64,000 nt of DNA. It comes from an uncultured Bacteroidales bacterium (GTDB lineage: Bacteria > Bacteroidota > Bacteroidia > Bacteroidales > UBA10428). The notes under the pieces are model-generated. The model had not been told where the DNA came from. It saw nothing but the letters and a program-made list of their open reading frames with translations, and searched no databases. A program made the position numbers and the translations under genes. This document shows, piece by piece, positions 28,760-39,205 of the stretch; position 1 is the stretch's first letter, and every line of letters starts with the position of its first letter. Where the stretch lies: positions 23,237 through 87,236 of the forward strand of contig CAVVIO010000012.1 in the NCBI GenBank assembly GCA_963748095.1. The letters run 5' to 3'.

Positions 28760-29106
28760 TAAAATAAAAATCAATCTGATGAATTTACCAGATATTCATC
28801 CGGTTGATTGAAAAATTGATAAAATATTTGTTTCTGAGAGCATGACCTGACGGACAGGTACGACAGATAAATGTCTTAACCTGCTCTTATCCGGTACATG
28901 CTAAACGGACAAATGAAGGAGATTTGGGGGAGTGAATATAATCATGAAAAGCAACTCCCCCGTCTCTTCCTGAAGTTTATTCTGATTATTAATCTTATAC
29001 TGCATAAAAACCCGGTAAATGTGAAAATGTTCAAAGTTTTTTTGAATTCGCATTTAATCGAATAAAACTATACCCGTTTTTTTTTTATAATGAGGAATTA
29101 AGTAAA

Positions 29107-31467
29107 TTATTTCAGCAAATTAATCGTTCCTTTCTTTTCCACAATATTTCCATCCCACATTTCAGCCTTCAGAATATAAACGTATGAATCGATGTTCTGG
29201 GTTTTCCCGTTATACGTTCCGTCCCATCCCTGACGCAGGTCATCGGTAAAGAATATACGGTTACCCCAGCGGTTATATACACTGAATTCAATTAATTTTT
29301 TAATCCCCCACCCTTTCACATAAATTACATCGTTAATATTATCACCGTTTGGAGTAAAGGATGATGGTAATTCCAGTGAATATGCTTCCGTAACATCAAT
29401 GTTCAGGTTGTACGTTTCATTAAAACAATTGTGCTTATCGGAAACTTCAAGCGAGTAATAAGTTGAATGCAAAGGTTGGGCCACCGGGGAGGCGCAATTA
29501 CTGCAGCTTAACTGATAATCGGGTGACCAGTTGTAAATAAATTCACCACTTGAATCAGCCAGAATTTTCACAACTTCACCGATAATGATCGTAGTATCCG
29601 AAGGTGAAATACTCAAATCAGGGGGCTGCTGAACAGCAATATTTACCACACCGGTATTCCTGCATGCATTAGTTGTATCTATAATAACTGCCGTATAAGT
29701 TATGTTACTTTCAGGCGAAGCATCCGGAGAAGATATTGACGGATTACTCAATCCCTGAGCCGGTGACCAATATATCAGATCTCCCCCGGTGGCTGAAATA
29801 ACAATGGATGTTCCTTTACAAATAGTGGTATCATTACTTAACAACAATGGCGGTAAAGGATTTATTGTTAAAGTTTTTTGCAGGGTATCACTACAACCAA
29901 AGTCATTGGCAACCTGTAGAGAAACAGTATAATTACCAGTTGAGAATTGTTCTACCGGATCGGTTACCGTACTTGATATTCCATTGCCAAAATCCCAGTT
30001 ATTCACATCATTTCCGGTTGAATAATTCATGAAATGAATATCATACTGATCACACATTGCTGAATCTGAATAGTTAAAAGCAGCCATTACATTATAAATT
30101 AGTAATGTATCCGTCACTGGCGGTGGTGAGCATTTTCCCGAGTCGCCATAAAGCAACAATTTTGGATAGATATCTCCCATTTCGGCATATACATACTTAA
30201 TCGGATCACCCTTAAGAAATATACCATTGCCCATATCCCATTCAAAATCATAAACGTTGTTAGTGTCTTTTACACTGAAAGTAATGGAATCACCACGGCA
30301 GGCTTCTTTCGGGAAAATATCAAAACTACCGGTAGGTCCCGACAGGGAAATAGCACGTTTAAATGAATCTTTGCAACCGAAAGAAGTTTGTATTACCAGT
30401 TGCGATTGATAATCTCCCGGGTACGGATAGTTGAACTTGGGAGTTTCCGAAAAAGGACCCGTATTATTATTGTATCCGAATTCCCAGTAACTCAATGAAT
30501 CAACTACCGGATCAGAAGGTGTATAAGTAAAGCTTATTTGTTTCGGATAACAATTCCAGACAGAATCGGATACCAAATAGGAAGCATCCGCTTTCTGTAG
30601 TTGAATATAATCTACCGGACTGGTATATGTATCAGGACATCCGTTTTCATAAACTGTTAGAGATACCGGATAATTTCCTTTTGTGGTAAATGCATGAGTT
30701 AGTGGGTTATCAGTGCTTCTGCTGATTGTTCCGTCTCCAAAGTTCCAGATCACACTGTCACCGGCAAGATAGGCATAGTTAAACTGGATATTATCACCTA
30801 CACAGGCTTCGGTTTTGTCGGCAACGAATTGTGCATCAGGATTTGCCGTGGATACGGTTTTCGAAAAAGTTCCTATGCATCCCATTGTATCAGTAACGGT
30901 CAGTGTTACAGGGAATGTTCCAGGTGTGTCGAACAGGTGGTTGATTGTATTGATTTTTGCTAAATAGCTGGTATCACTCCCGGTACTGAAATTCCAGCTC
31001 CAGCTCTCAATCGGGTTGACATCAGCTTTCGAGGTATCCATAAAGTTAACATCAAAGGGCGAACAACCTAACAGTTTATCTGCTGTAAAACCGGCGAACG
31101 GCTGAAATATCCTGACCGTCTGATAAGCCGTATCAATGCATTCGTTATCGTACATGGTAATGAGTTTGCCCGTAAAATAGCCCCTTGACGGAAAATTAAC
31201 AGATACCTGATCATCATTGGTGCGTATTTTTGCTATAGTATCAAAATCCCAGAAATATTTCTCAAAACAATAATCCAGTTTGGAATATGAACTGTCACTA
31301 TGAAATATTACAGGAGTATTAGCACAGGCTATTGTATCGGAATAAATCGAAGCATGCGGTTGTCTTACTTTCAGTTCCATATCTGATATATCTGAACATC
31401 CGCCATTATTGGTAGTCAGTTTTACTACGTAATTACTGTCTTTCGCATAGGTATGTGTAGGATTCAT
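29107..31467 (-). CDS. PKD-repeat T9SS cargo; fragment 3 of 3, ending in a type-B (gliding-motility CHU_C-type) T9SS sorting domain
   Basis: More PKD units are followed by the C-terminal FTPNGDNINDV...GWDGTYNGK....D.YVY....... signature of the type-B CTD. Confidence 0.85.
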   Translation of the reverse strand: MNPTHTYAKDSNYVVKLTTNNGGCSDISDMELKVRQPHASIYSDTIACANTPVIFHSDSSYSKLDYCFEKYFWDFDTIAKIRTNDDQVSVNFPSRGYFTGKLITMYDNECIDTAYQTVRIFQPFAGFTADKLLGCSPFDVNFMDTSKADVNPIESWSWNFSTGSDTSYLAKINTINHLFDTPGTFPVTLTVTDTMGCIGTFSKTVSTANPDAQFVADKTEACVGDNIQFNYAYLAGDSVIWNFGDGTISRSTDNPLTHAFTTKGNYPVSLTVYENGCPDTYTSPVDYIQLQKADASYLVSDSVWNCYPKQISFTYTPSDPVVDSLSYWEFGYNNNTGPFSETPKFNYPYPGDYQSQLVIQTSFGCKDSFKRAISLSGPTGSFDIFPKEACRGDSITFSVKDTNNVYDFEWDMGNGIFLKGDPIKYVYAEMGDIYPKLLLYGDSGKCSPPPVTDTLLIYNVMAAFNYSDSAMCDQYDIHFMNYSTGNDVNNWDFGNGISSTVTDPVEQFSTGNYTVSLQVANDFGCSDTLQKTLTINPLPPLLLSNDTTICKGTSIVISATGGDLIYWSPAQGLSNPSISSPDASPESNITYTAVIIDTTNACRNTGVVNIAVQQPPDLSISPSDTTIIIGEVVKILADSSGEFIYNWSPDYQLSCSNCASPVAQPLHSTYYSLEVSDKHNCFNETYNLNIDVTEAYSLELPSSFTPNGDNINDVIYVKGWGIKKLIEFSVYNRWGNRIFFTDDLRQGWDGTYNGKTQNIDSYVYILKAEMWDGNIVEKKGTINLLK

Positions 31468-31742
31468 TGTAAATTATCCGTTTGTCCGTCTCCGAAATCC
31501 CATTCGAAACCTGTGGCAGCTGTCGACAGATTGGTAAAATTGTAAACATACGGGTCATCACAGGAAAAATTATAGGTGAAAGCAGAACTTGGTCCGTTGG
31601 CATATAGTATAGCTGGTTTGGTTGTATCCGACAGGCAGCCATTGTAATCTACAATCAGTGTTACATCGTTATTCCCAGGGTTGGCATCAACATTCCAATA
31701 TGGATCAGGATTATCAGGCGACAGAAGGAATACTGCTTCCAT
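31464..31742 (-). CDS. PKD-repeat T9SS cargo; fragment 2 of 3 (frame-shifted middle piece)
   Basis: It ends in FEWDFGDGQTDN. The PKD motif continues as NPTHTY at the start of fragment 3. Confidence 0.8.
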   Translation of the reverse strand: MEAVFLLSPDNPDPYWNVDANPGNNDVTLIVDYNGCLSDTTKPAILYANGPSSAFTYNFSCDDPYVYNFTNLSTAATGFEWDFGDGQTDNLQ

Positions 31743-33468
31743 TTACAAAATAATGCCACTTTTGTATCAGTTCCGATTCAGGTGTATTATCATGAAACTG
31801 AAGTTGCTCGTTCGGACATACATTTGTCGAACTCAATGTAAAATCAGGTTTGAGTTTTTTTCCTACCCTTATTTTAATAATAAATGACGTGTCCGTACAT
31901 CCCAGTGAGTTGGTTATGACAAGTCTACTATCATAAATAGCATCAGATGCATATGTATGAGATGTCATATTATTTGTAGTATTCAATGTATTACCGTCAT
32001 CAAATATCCATTCCCGGTTGGTAATATTTTCATCCGAAAGACTTACATCTTTAAAATTCACGGTTAATGACTTGCAGCCCATTGTCGTGTCGACAGTGAA
32101 TAAAGCTGTTGGTTTTTTTATCCGAAGGGATTTACTGCTGGAACTAATGCATCCATTTGCACTGGTAACTTCAAGTGTAGTAACAAAATATTCGTCTCCA
32201 TTTATAACATACTGATCGGAATCAGAGGGTAATGTATATGTGTGTACAACATTTTGAGAAGCAGAAGTAGTTCCATCCTGAAAAGTCCATTTCCAGGAAG
32301 AAGCATTGGTTGATTTATCTGTAAATGTAACATCCACCGGAGTTGCACAGGAATAAGTTTTATCCATTGTAAAATCTGCTTTCACATCTTCCACAGAAAA
32401 ATTCCAGGAAATAGTATCGGCACAATCGGTTCCGGGGGCTGCAATAAGCAGTACCTTATAATCACCGCTTTGCCCGTATGGCCTTACTCCGCTTTGGTTA
32501 TAGGATACTCCGCCTCCGGTACCAATGAATACCCATTGTACTGAACCGGTACCGGTAGAAGTGCTGTTAAAATTAACACTACCGGGACAAATAACATCGT
32601 TGTTTTGAATTGCATCCCCACCCTGGGTTAATGTCCCTTGCGCCACAACATGGTTAACACTAATAGTGGAAGAGGTACTTGCTGAACATCCGTAATCACT
32701 GGTAACCTGAAGATGAACGTTATAATTATTAAACTGATCATATATATGTGAGGGACTTGCTGATTCGGATGAATCACCATCAGCAAAGACCCACAGATAG
32801 GTAAGCGTTCCCGGACCTGTAGAAGTATTGGTAAACTGTACAGTGGCAGGAATATTGCAGGCTGTGGCAGGATTAGCTGTAAAGCCGGCAACAGGTTGGT
32901 TCGCCACATCGATATTCTTTGAAGCATTGGACTGGCATCCGTTATCATCGGTTACCTGCAGAAAAACCTCGTAAGTACCGGTATTATTATATATATAGGT
33001 AGGATCCGGCAAATTGCTGGTAACACCATTTCTAAAATCCCAGTTCCAGGCTGTGATAGGTGCATCCCCTACCTGAGAATTATCCATGAAATTTGCCGTA
33101 TAAGGAACACATCCCTTGACGCCAATAGAGAAATCAGCCGTTGGGGCTTTATATACTGTTACTGTTTTTGAAATCGTGGCCGAATCATTGTGAATAATAT
33201 CTTTAACCACCAGGGTAACTGTGTAATCCTTGGCTAACGAATAAGAAGCTGAAGGATTTGTAAGACTGGAATGGTTGCCATTTCCAAAATCCCAGGAATA
33301 GACAATACTATCACCTGCTGTGCTTAGATTTGTAAAGTTAACTTTTAATACCGGAGTACATCCTGCCTGCTTATCCATCGAAAAATTGGCAGTTACCTGA
33401 GAAAATGTATATAATTCTGAAAAAAATAAAAAAAATATCAACCGGATGGAAGTTGTCAGTATTTTCAC
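31714..33468 (-). CDS. PKD-repeat T9SS cargo/adhesin; fragment 1 of 3 (signal peptide plus N-terminal PKD repeats)
   Basis: A signal peptide is followed by repeated F....GC.P..V.F.N.S....W.FGDG..S....P.H.Y...G.Y.V.L PKD units. Confidence 0.85.
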   Translation of the reverse strand: MKILTTSIRLIFFLFFSELYTFSQVTANFSMDKQAGCTPVLKVNFTNLSTAGDSIVYSWDFGNGNHSSLTNPSASYSLAKDYTVTLVVKDIIHNDSATISKTVTVYKAPTADFSIGVKGCVPYTANFMDNSQVGDAPITAWNWDFRNGVTSNLPDPTYIYNNTGTYEVFLQVTDDNGCQSNASKNIDVANQPVAGFTANPATACNIPATVQFTNTSTGPGTLTYLWVFADGDSSESASPSHIYDQFNNYNVHLQVTSDYGCSASTSSTISVNHVVAQGTLTQGGDAIQNNDVICPGSVNFNSTSTGTGSVQWVFIGTGGGVSYNQSGVRPYGQSGDYKVLLIAAPGTDCADTISWNFSVEDVKADFTMDKTYSCATPVDVTFTDKSTNASSWKWTFQDGTTSASQNVVHTYTLPSDSDQYVINGDEYFVTTLEVTSANGCISSSSKSLRIKKPTALFTVDTTMGCKSLTVNFKDVSLSDENITNREWIFDDGNTLNTTNNMTSHTYASDAIYDSRLVITNSLGCTDTSFIIKIRVGKKLKPDFTLSSTNVCPNEQLQFHDNTPESELIQKWHYFVNGSSIPSVA

Positions 33469-33694
33469 GGGAAAAAGTTTAGTTTAGTAACATACTTCTG
33501 GTGCATAATACTTTATTTTGCCCATCAGTAATGGTTTTATAAAGCAGATTAATTATATCTTTTTTTGTTAAAAATATCATTTTAAAAGTAATATAAAAAG
33601 AAAAAAATCTATCTTGGCATAATATTATTAAAAATATTGTTTCTTAATATTAATAATAATAATTATTTTTCCTGATATTTTTAGCAATTTATAT

Positions 33695-34744
33695 ATGATT
33701 GTCTCCAAAAAGAAGGGTTTTTATACGGTTATACGTACGATTCTTTTTACCCTGATTCTCCCGGGTTGCTTTATCGCTTCTTCGCCATTACATGCCCAGG
33801 ATATACATTTCAGCATGTTTAATGCGAGCCCGTTACTTCTAAATCCTGCCAATACAGGAAATTTCGACGGAGACTGGCGAATTGCAGGTAATTACCGAAA
33901 CCAGTGGCTGGCCATTAGCAAAACTTTCAGGACTGCTGCAGTAAGCTTTGATAAACAAATATATTTTTTAAATCAGAAATTCAGCGGAGGAGTATACCTT
34001 GTAAATGATGAATCGGGATCGCGCGGGCTGATTTTTAACAAAGCTTATGCATCGTTGGGGTATAACCGCGTTATAAACAATAATTATCTGAATTTCGGTC
34101 TACAGTTAGGATATGTTTACCAGGCATTCGACCGGAATATGACCACACCATCGCAATGGAATAATACTACCGGCGGTTTCGATCCGACATTACCAACTCT
34201 GGAACCGAATGAAGGGGAAAACCGTTCGTATCTTGACGTGAATGCAGGTTTGTTATGGAAAAAAAATATCAACATTTTCGTTCCTGAAGTGGGACTGGCA
34301 TTTTTTCATCTGAATTCTCCGAATTGGTCGTTTTATGGATATGACGAACACCAGCCTATACGTTTTACATTACATACAAAAGTAAAAACCAAATTAAACG
34401 ATGAAATATATTTGTTACCAACCCTGTTATATATGCGACAGAAAGGAGCTACTGAAACGATAGTTGGTTCCGGTGTAGGCATGAATCTGTTTGGTAACAG
34501 ATCGAGTGTAAAAGAAATTACCGGCGGATTATATCTTCGTAACGGTTTTTTCAACAGCCCCGATGCCATTTCTTTAGTAGGTGGTGCTACCATCCGAAGA
34601 ATTGAAGTAGCCCTGAGTTATGATATTAATATCTCTGGATTATCGCAGGTAACCGGCTACCGGGGAGCTTTTGAAATATCATTCATATATAAAAGTATCA
34701 GTACAGTGTTGAACAGTTATTCCATTCCGTGTGAAAGGCTTTAG
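33695..34744 (+). CDS. PorP/SprF family type IX secretion system membrane protein
   Basis: The signal peptide is followed by QDIHFSMFNASPLLLNPANTGNFDGDWRIAGNYRNQW, the hallmark N-terminus of PorP/SprF. Confidence 0.85.
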   Translation: MIVSKKKGFYTVIRTILFTLILPGCFIASSPLHAQDIHFSMFNASPLLLNPANTGNFDGDWRIAGNYRNQWLAISKTFRTAAVSFDKQIYFLNQKFSGGVYLVNDESGSRGLIFNKAYASLGYNRVINNNYLNFGLQLGYVYQAFDRNMTTPSQWNNTTGGFDPTLPTLEPNEGENRSYLDVNAGLLWKKNINIFVPEVGLAFFHLNSPNWSFYGYDEHQPIRFTLHTKVKTKLNDEIYLLPTLLYMRQKGATETIVGSGVGMNLFGNRSSVKEITGGLYLRNGFFNSPDAISLVGGATIRRIEVALSYDINISGLSQVTGYRGAFEISFIYKSISTVLNSYSIPCERL

Positions 34745-35621
34745 ATTGAAAATTGGATTAGTATTGGTATCTCTCACCTTTAGCTGGATAGCAAATGCTC
34801 AGCTATCAAACATTGATGAGCTGACACCACAGCAACTTAAAAAATTTGCGAAACATTCCGAGCGTACGGGTGACTTTTTTACCGCTATCTATTTTTTTGA
34901 GCGTTACCGTGAGTTTCGCCCGAATAATACCAAAATTAATTATGAACTGGCCAACCTGCAGCGGGAAGTAAGAAATTACGAAAAAGCAAAAGAACTTTAT
35001 AAAAAAGTTACAGATGCCACTTCTTCCAAAAAATACGTGCTGGCTCGTTATTACTATGCCCAGATGCTGAAATCGACTGGTGAATACGATGAGGCTATAA
35101 AAGAGTTTACCAAATTCCGCAGAGATTACAGGGGCCAGAAAGATTACCGCGATCTTAGCAAACTTGTAAGAAGTGAAATAGAAGGCTGCGATTCAGCCAA
35201 AGTTATTATTGAACATCCACTGAATGTGACGGTTGAGGATCTGAACTCCACCGTAAACGGTCCTCATATCGAGTTATCTCCTATTCCCGTGGATGATACT
35301 ACATTTTATTATGCATCACTAAGGGTTGATTCTCTGGTTTATTTTAACAGTGATAATGTTGATTCCGCTATACCTACCCGGCAGTTTTATGTAGCAAAAA
35401 AGAAAGGACTCGACTGGATTGGTGGCAAAACCTTACCCGGGCCGATAAATATACCAGGAGTAGAAACTGGAAACGGAGTACTCTCGAGAGACGGGAATCG
35501 TTTTTATTTTACACGTTGTTTTAAGAACTGGCAGGGTAAAAATATCTGCAGTATTTACCTGACCAAAAAAAATGGGACACCAATGGTCGAAGCCAGAAAA
35601 GCTTCCCCCGTTGATAAATGA
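34731..35621 (+). CDS. OmpA-family protein with TPR and TolB-like repeats; fragment 1 of 2
   Basis: A signal peptide and TPR-like helices (YELANLQREVRNYEKAKELYKK) are present. The frame breaks in an A8 run at 35565-35572. Confidence 0.8.
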   Translation: MKGFRLKIGLVLVSLTFSWIANAQLSNIDELTPQQLKKFAKHSERTGDFFTAIYFFERYREFRPNNTKINYELANLQREVRNYEKAKELYKKVTDATSSKKYVLARYYYAQMLKSTGEYDEAIKEFTKFRRDYRGQKDYRDLSKLVRSEIEGCDSAKVIIEHPLNVTVEDLNSTVNGPHIELSPIPVDDTTFYYASLRVDSLVYFNSDNVDSAIPTRQFYVAKKKGLDWIGGKTLPGPINIPGVETGNGVLSRDGNRFYFTRCFKNWQGKNICSIYLTKKNGTPMVEARKASPVDK

Positions 35622-36852
35622 CCCCAACTATACATCTACTCAGCCTGCCCTGGGACGTACTGCCAAAACCAACCGGGAGATACTTTATTATGTATCCGAT
35701 CGTCCGGATGGGCGTGGTGGACTCGACATCTGGTATACCGTATGGAATGATAAAAAACAACTATTCAGTAAGCCAAGAAACCTGGGATTTAAAATCAATA
35801 CTGCCGGTGACGAGATGACCCCGTTTTATAATTTATCAACCCGTAACCTGTATTTCAGCTCTAACGGACTTCCCGGGATCGGCGGACTAGATATTTTTAA
35901 AGCTTTTGGGGAACGAAATCGCTGGAGTAATATAAATAATCTGGGATACCCGATAAATTCAAGTTACGATGATCTCTACTTTACGGTAAACAAAAGTGGG
36001 GAATTCGGCTTTTTCGTTTCCAACCGTCCGGGTGGCAAGTCCATTAATAATGAAACCTGTTGTGATGATATTTACTATTACCGTTGGAATGAATTCATTC
36101 ATATATCGGTTACCGGGACCATTTATCCCTTTGAAAAAGACCGGTTCGGAAGAAAAAAGGACCTGTCTAACTTCGACTTTATGAATCCGGATTCTTCCAT
36201 TAAACCACTCGATCACGCAGTTATTGCTCTGTACATGCTCGACAAAGAAACAAAGCAGTACGAATTTATGGACAGGGATACCACCGGAAAGAATGGTAAA
36301 TTCTTTTTCGATATTCAACCTGATCAGGATTATGAATTCAGGATGGAAGGATTTCAGTATTTCGATAGTAAAGAGTACTTGTCTACCCAGTTCTTCAACT
36401 TTTCAGATACGATCGGGCTACCGCCTATATGGGTAAATGTGCTGAGTGAAAAGCCGATTGTCCTTCACAATATTTATTATGAATTCAACAAAGCTGAATT
36501 GACGGAAGATGCCAAGCACGTGCTTGATACTACTTTACTTGTAATGTTAAAAGAAGCTCCTGAATTTATTATCGAGGTAGGGTCACATACCGACAGTATT
36601 GGTGGTGCTGAATATAACCTGCAACTCTCACAGGAAAGAGCTGATAATGTAGTCAAGTACCTGATAAGTAAGGGCATATCTGCCAACAGACTAGTTGCAA
36701 AAGGATATGGTTCGGAAATACCCATTGCTCGAAATACAAATCCCGACGGAACAGATAATCCGGCAGGCAGGGAAATGAACAGGAGAACGGAATTCAGGGT
36801 TATTGGTACCATAGGTGGCGAGACCGAGGATGAGGATTACGGGGATAATTGA
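35572..36852 (+). CDS. OmpA-family protein; fragment 2 of 2 (WD40-like/TolB-type repeats and a C-terminal OmpA peptidoglycan-binding domain)
   Basis: DRPDGRGGLDIWY-type repeats are present. The OmpA_C motifs are GSHTDSIGGAEYNLQLSQERADNV...NRRTEF. Confidence 0.85.
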   Translation: MGHQWSKPEKLPPLINDPNYTSTQPALGRTAKTNREILYYVSDRPDGRGGLDIWYTVWNDKKQLFSKPRNLGFKINTAGDEMTPFYNLSTRNLYFSSNGLPGIGGLDIFKAFGERNRWSNINNLGYPINSSYDDLYFTVNKSGEFGFFVSNRPGGKSINNETCCDDIYYYRWNEFIHISVTGTIYPFEKDRFGRKKDLSNFDFMNPDSSIKPLDHAVIALYMLDKETKQYEFMDRDTTGKNGKFFFDIQPDQDYEFRMEGFQYFDSKEYLSTQFFNFSDTIGLPPIWVNVLSEKPIVLHNIYYEFNKAELTEDAKHVLDTTLLVMLKEAPEFIIEVGSHTDSIGGAEYNLQLSQERADNVVKYLISKGISANRLVAKGYGSEIPIARNTNPDGTDNPAGREMNRRTEFRVIGTIGGETEDEDYGDN

Positions 36853-36969
36853 CATTTATAGAATTTGTATTCCTTATTCAGAAAATAAATTAACTTTAAC
36901 AATAACCGGAAAATTCTGACAATTGTAAAGCTTATACCGAAAAATCTGATTAAAATATAAAGAGAAACC

Positions 36970-37809
36970 ATGAACTTCAGAGCAATTAAAATAATATCGA
37001 TCCTGATTTTTTCTTTTAATATTCTCAGTTTTACCAACGCACAGGTTGTTACCTGTTCAACCGTAGTAGACTCAACACAAATTAATTTTGAAAACAGCAT
37101 CACAGACAGTATTACTGCAATGATACCATTAAACCGTACTTTTAATATAACAGTACATGTTGTAAGATATAGTAATGGTGAAACCGGCGTTAATCCCAAC
37201 GACATAAATCAGTACATTGCAGAAGTCAACCAGGCATTTGAACCTATAAAAGTTACCTTTCAGATTGGCTCCTACGACACTATAGATAATTACCAACTGG
37301 ATTATATCCGGCAGGCAACTACTGAAAAAGATTTAACATCCAGATATTTCCAGCTGAATACGATTAATCTTTACCTGGTGAGCCAGCTTACAGATAAGAC
37401 TAACAAAACCACTTGTGCTTATACTTATTATCCTTCTGCCCAAAAGGATATGATCTTTATGGCAAAAAACTGTATTTCCGGAATCTTACTGATCGAACAA
37501 CTCGGACATTTTTTCAATCTCTATCATACACATGAGACAGCTTTTGGACAGGAACTGGTTAACGAATCAAATTGTTCCATTGCCGGAGACTTATGCTGCG
37601 ATACGTATGCCCAGCCTGATCTTTCAGGTAAAGTAACCTCCGACTGCAAATATACTTCCTCTGTAAAAGACCCGAACGGTCAGCTTTATCATCCATCTGT
37701 AAAAAACTACATGTCGGCTGCGCCGCAGGATTGCCGTTGTTTCTTTTCCAAAGAACAATACATACGCATGCTCAATGCCATGGTACTTTTCAAGGATTAT
37801 CTGTGGTAA
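36970..37809 (+). CDS. secreted M43 (pappalysin/cytophagalysin)-like protein with a degenerate zinc motif
   Basis: It has a signal peptide. IEQLGHFFNLYHTH aligns to the metzincin HExxHxxGxxH but reads EQxxHxxxxxH. The Cys-rich C-terminal half is as in M43. Confidence 0.45.
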   Translation: MNFRAIKIISILIFSFNILSFTNAQVVTCSTVVDSTQINFENSITDSITAMIPLNRTFNITVHVVRYSNGETGVNPNDINQYIAEVNQAFEPIKVTFQIGSYDTIDNYQLDYIRQATTEKDLTSRYFQLNTINLYLVSQLTDKTNKTTCAYTYYPSAQKDMIFMAKNCISGILLIEQLGHFFNLYHTHETAFGQELVNESNCSIAGDLCCDTYAQPDLSGKVTSDCKYTSSVKDPNGQLYHPSVKNYMSAAPQDCRCFFSKEQYIRMLNAMVLFKDYLW

Positions 37810-38057
37810 ATTTTGTTTTTCTGGTCATCCTGAACATTGTGAAAGATCTGTAATTAGCACCCATTAAAAGCCACTTTTTGTCAACATGGCTTAGACAGGC
37901 TTGCATCCTATAGTTGGTTCTATTAGGACAAATCCATCTTTGGTTATTGATGAATATGAAGCAAATACTACAAATAATAAAATCAAATTCCATCAATTTC
38001 TTAACTTTGGTATAAGACATAATTTCATTGTAAAATTTCTTTCAAAGAAATATTTCT

Positions 38058-39155
38058 ATGAAAGGATACTATCACAAAGGCGCCATGACAGAGAACGGGA
38101 ATGTAGATACCGGAAAAACTATCAGCGATGCCGCTACATTAAAACTAATGCTAAAAGATGACCGTTTTCATCTGCACGAACCTGTTACCGGAAATTTTGA
38201 ATGGTGGTACTTTGATATAATTGATAGGAAAAGGGAATACAAACTTAAGATTGTTGCACATATCGGTACTGATCCATTGCGTAATAAGGTTTATCCTCAA
38301 CTGGCTCTTTCCATTACTGCATCCGAATCAGGAAAAGCAGTTATCCTGCCCTATTCATGGAACGATTTTTCAGGTTCTGATGAATTCTGTCATATCTGGT
38401 TAAAAAACGATTTTGAGGCATGGGTGGAATACAATTCACAAATTGAATATTTTGTTAAAGTAAACGTACCATTCTTTTCCTGTAATCTTCATTTCATCGG
38501 GCAAATTGAAGGCTGGAAACCACTCGGAAATGATATAACAATATCCAGGGGATCAAAAACTGGAAAATTCGCATGGATCATCCCGGTACCAAAAGCAAGT
38601 GTTTCAGGTGAGTTTATTTATGAAGGAAAATCCCATCAGGTAATGAATGCCACTGGTTATCACGATCATAATTTCTGGTCGGTAAACAGAAACAAACCGC
38701 TATTTATAGATGATGCAATTCGCAAATGGTACTGGGGAAAATGCTACTGCGAAGATTACACAATTATCTTTATGGATACTTATTTTAGAACCAACCGGTT
38801 ACGATCTATCATGATAGCCAAAGAGGATGAAATTATACACAGTTCGAACAATCTGGTTGATATATCGGAAGCAGTCACAGAAAATGACAATACACTGAAA
38901 GCAACATACCCGTCAAAACTCTCAATACAATTGAATGATAAAAACTGGCAGATGGATCTTCAAATGAATTTCAATCAGATGATCGATAAAAGAGACCTAT
39001 TAGAAGAAATTCATCCTGTTCCAAGGTGGATCATCAAAAGTTTCATTGCTCGCCCGGTATATTTCGGAATCTATTCAGATGCAGTGCTGACCCTTGAAAA
39101 TAAAAAAATAAATGGATTTGGAAATTATGAAGTAATGACATTCAGAAATGTTTAG
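38058..39155 (+). CDS. hypothetical protein, possibly CrtC/AttH-like (lipocalin-like hydratase fold)
   Basis: Only the FEWWYFDIIDRK motif near the N-terminus recalls the CrtC/AttH family. The call is weak. Confidence 0.35.
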   Translation: MKGYYHKGAMTENGNVDTGKTISDAATLKLMLKDDRFHLHEPVTGNFEWWYFDIIDRKREYKLKIVAHIGTDPLRNKVYPQLALSITASESGKAVILPYSWNDFSGSDEFCHIWLKNDFEAWVEYNSQIEYFVKVNVPFFSCNLHFIGQIEGWKPLGNDITISRGSKTGKFAWIIPVPKASVSGEFIYEGKSHQVMNATGYHDHNFWSVNRNKPLFIDDAIRKWYWGKCYCEDYTIIFMDTYFRTNRLRSIMIAKEDEIIHSSNNLVDISEAVTENDNTLKATYPSKLSIQLNDKNWQMDLQMNFNQMIDKRDLLEEIHPVPRWIIKSFIARPVYFGIYSDAVLTLENKKINGFGNYEVMTFRNV

Positions 39156-39205
39156 CAATTTCTACCCGAAAAAATCAGGTATACCAAAAAAGTAAAAGTT
39201 TTATC

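Noticed and set aside
28760-29106. Hairpin after gdhA (~28775-28815) as an intrinsic terminator, and the G-rich stretch near 28925
   Set aside because: The stem is interrupted by internal loops and is not followed by a T-tract. The evidence is too weak to annotate.
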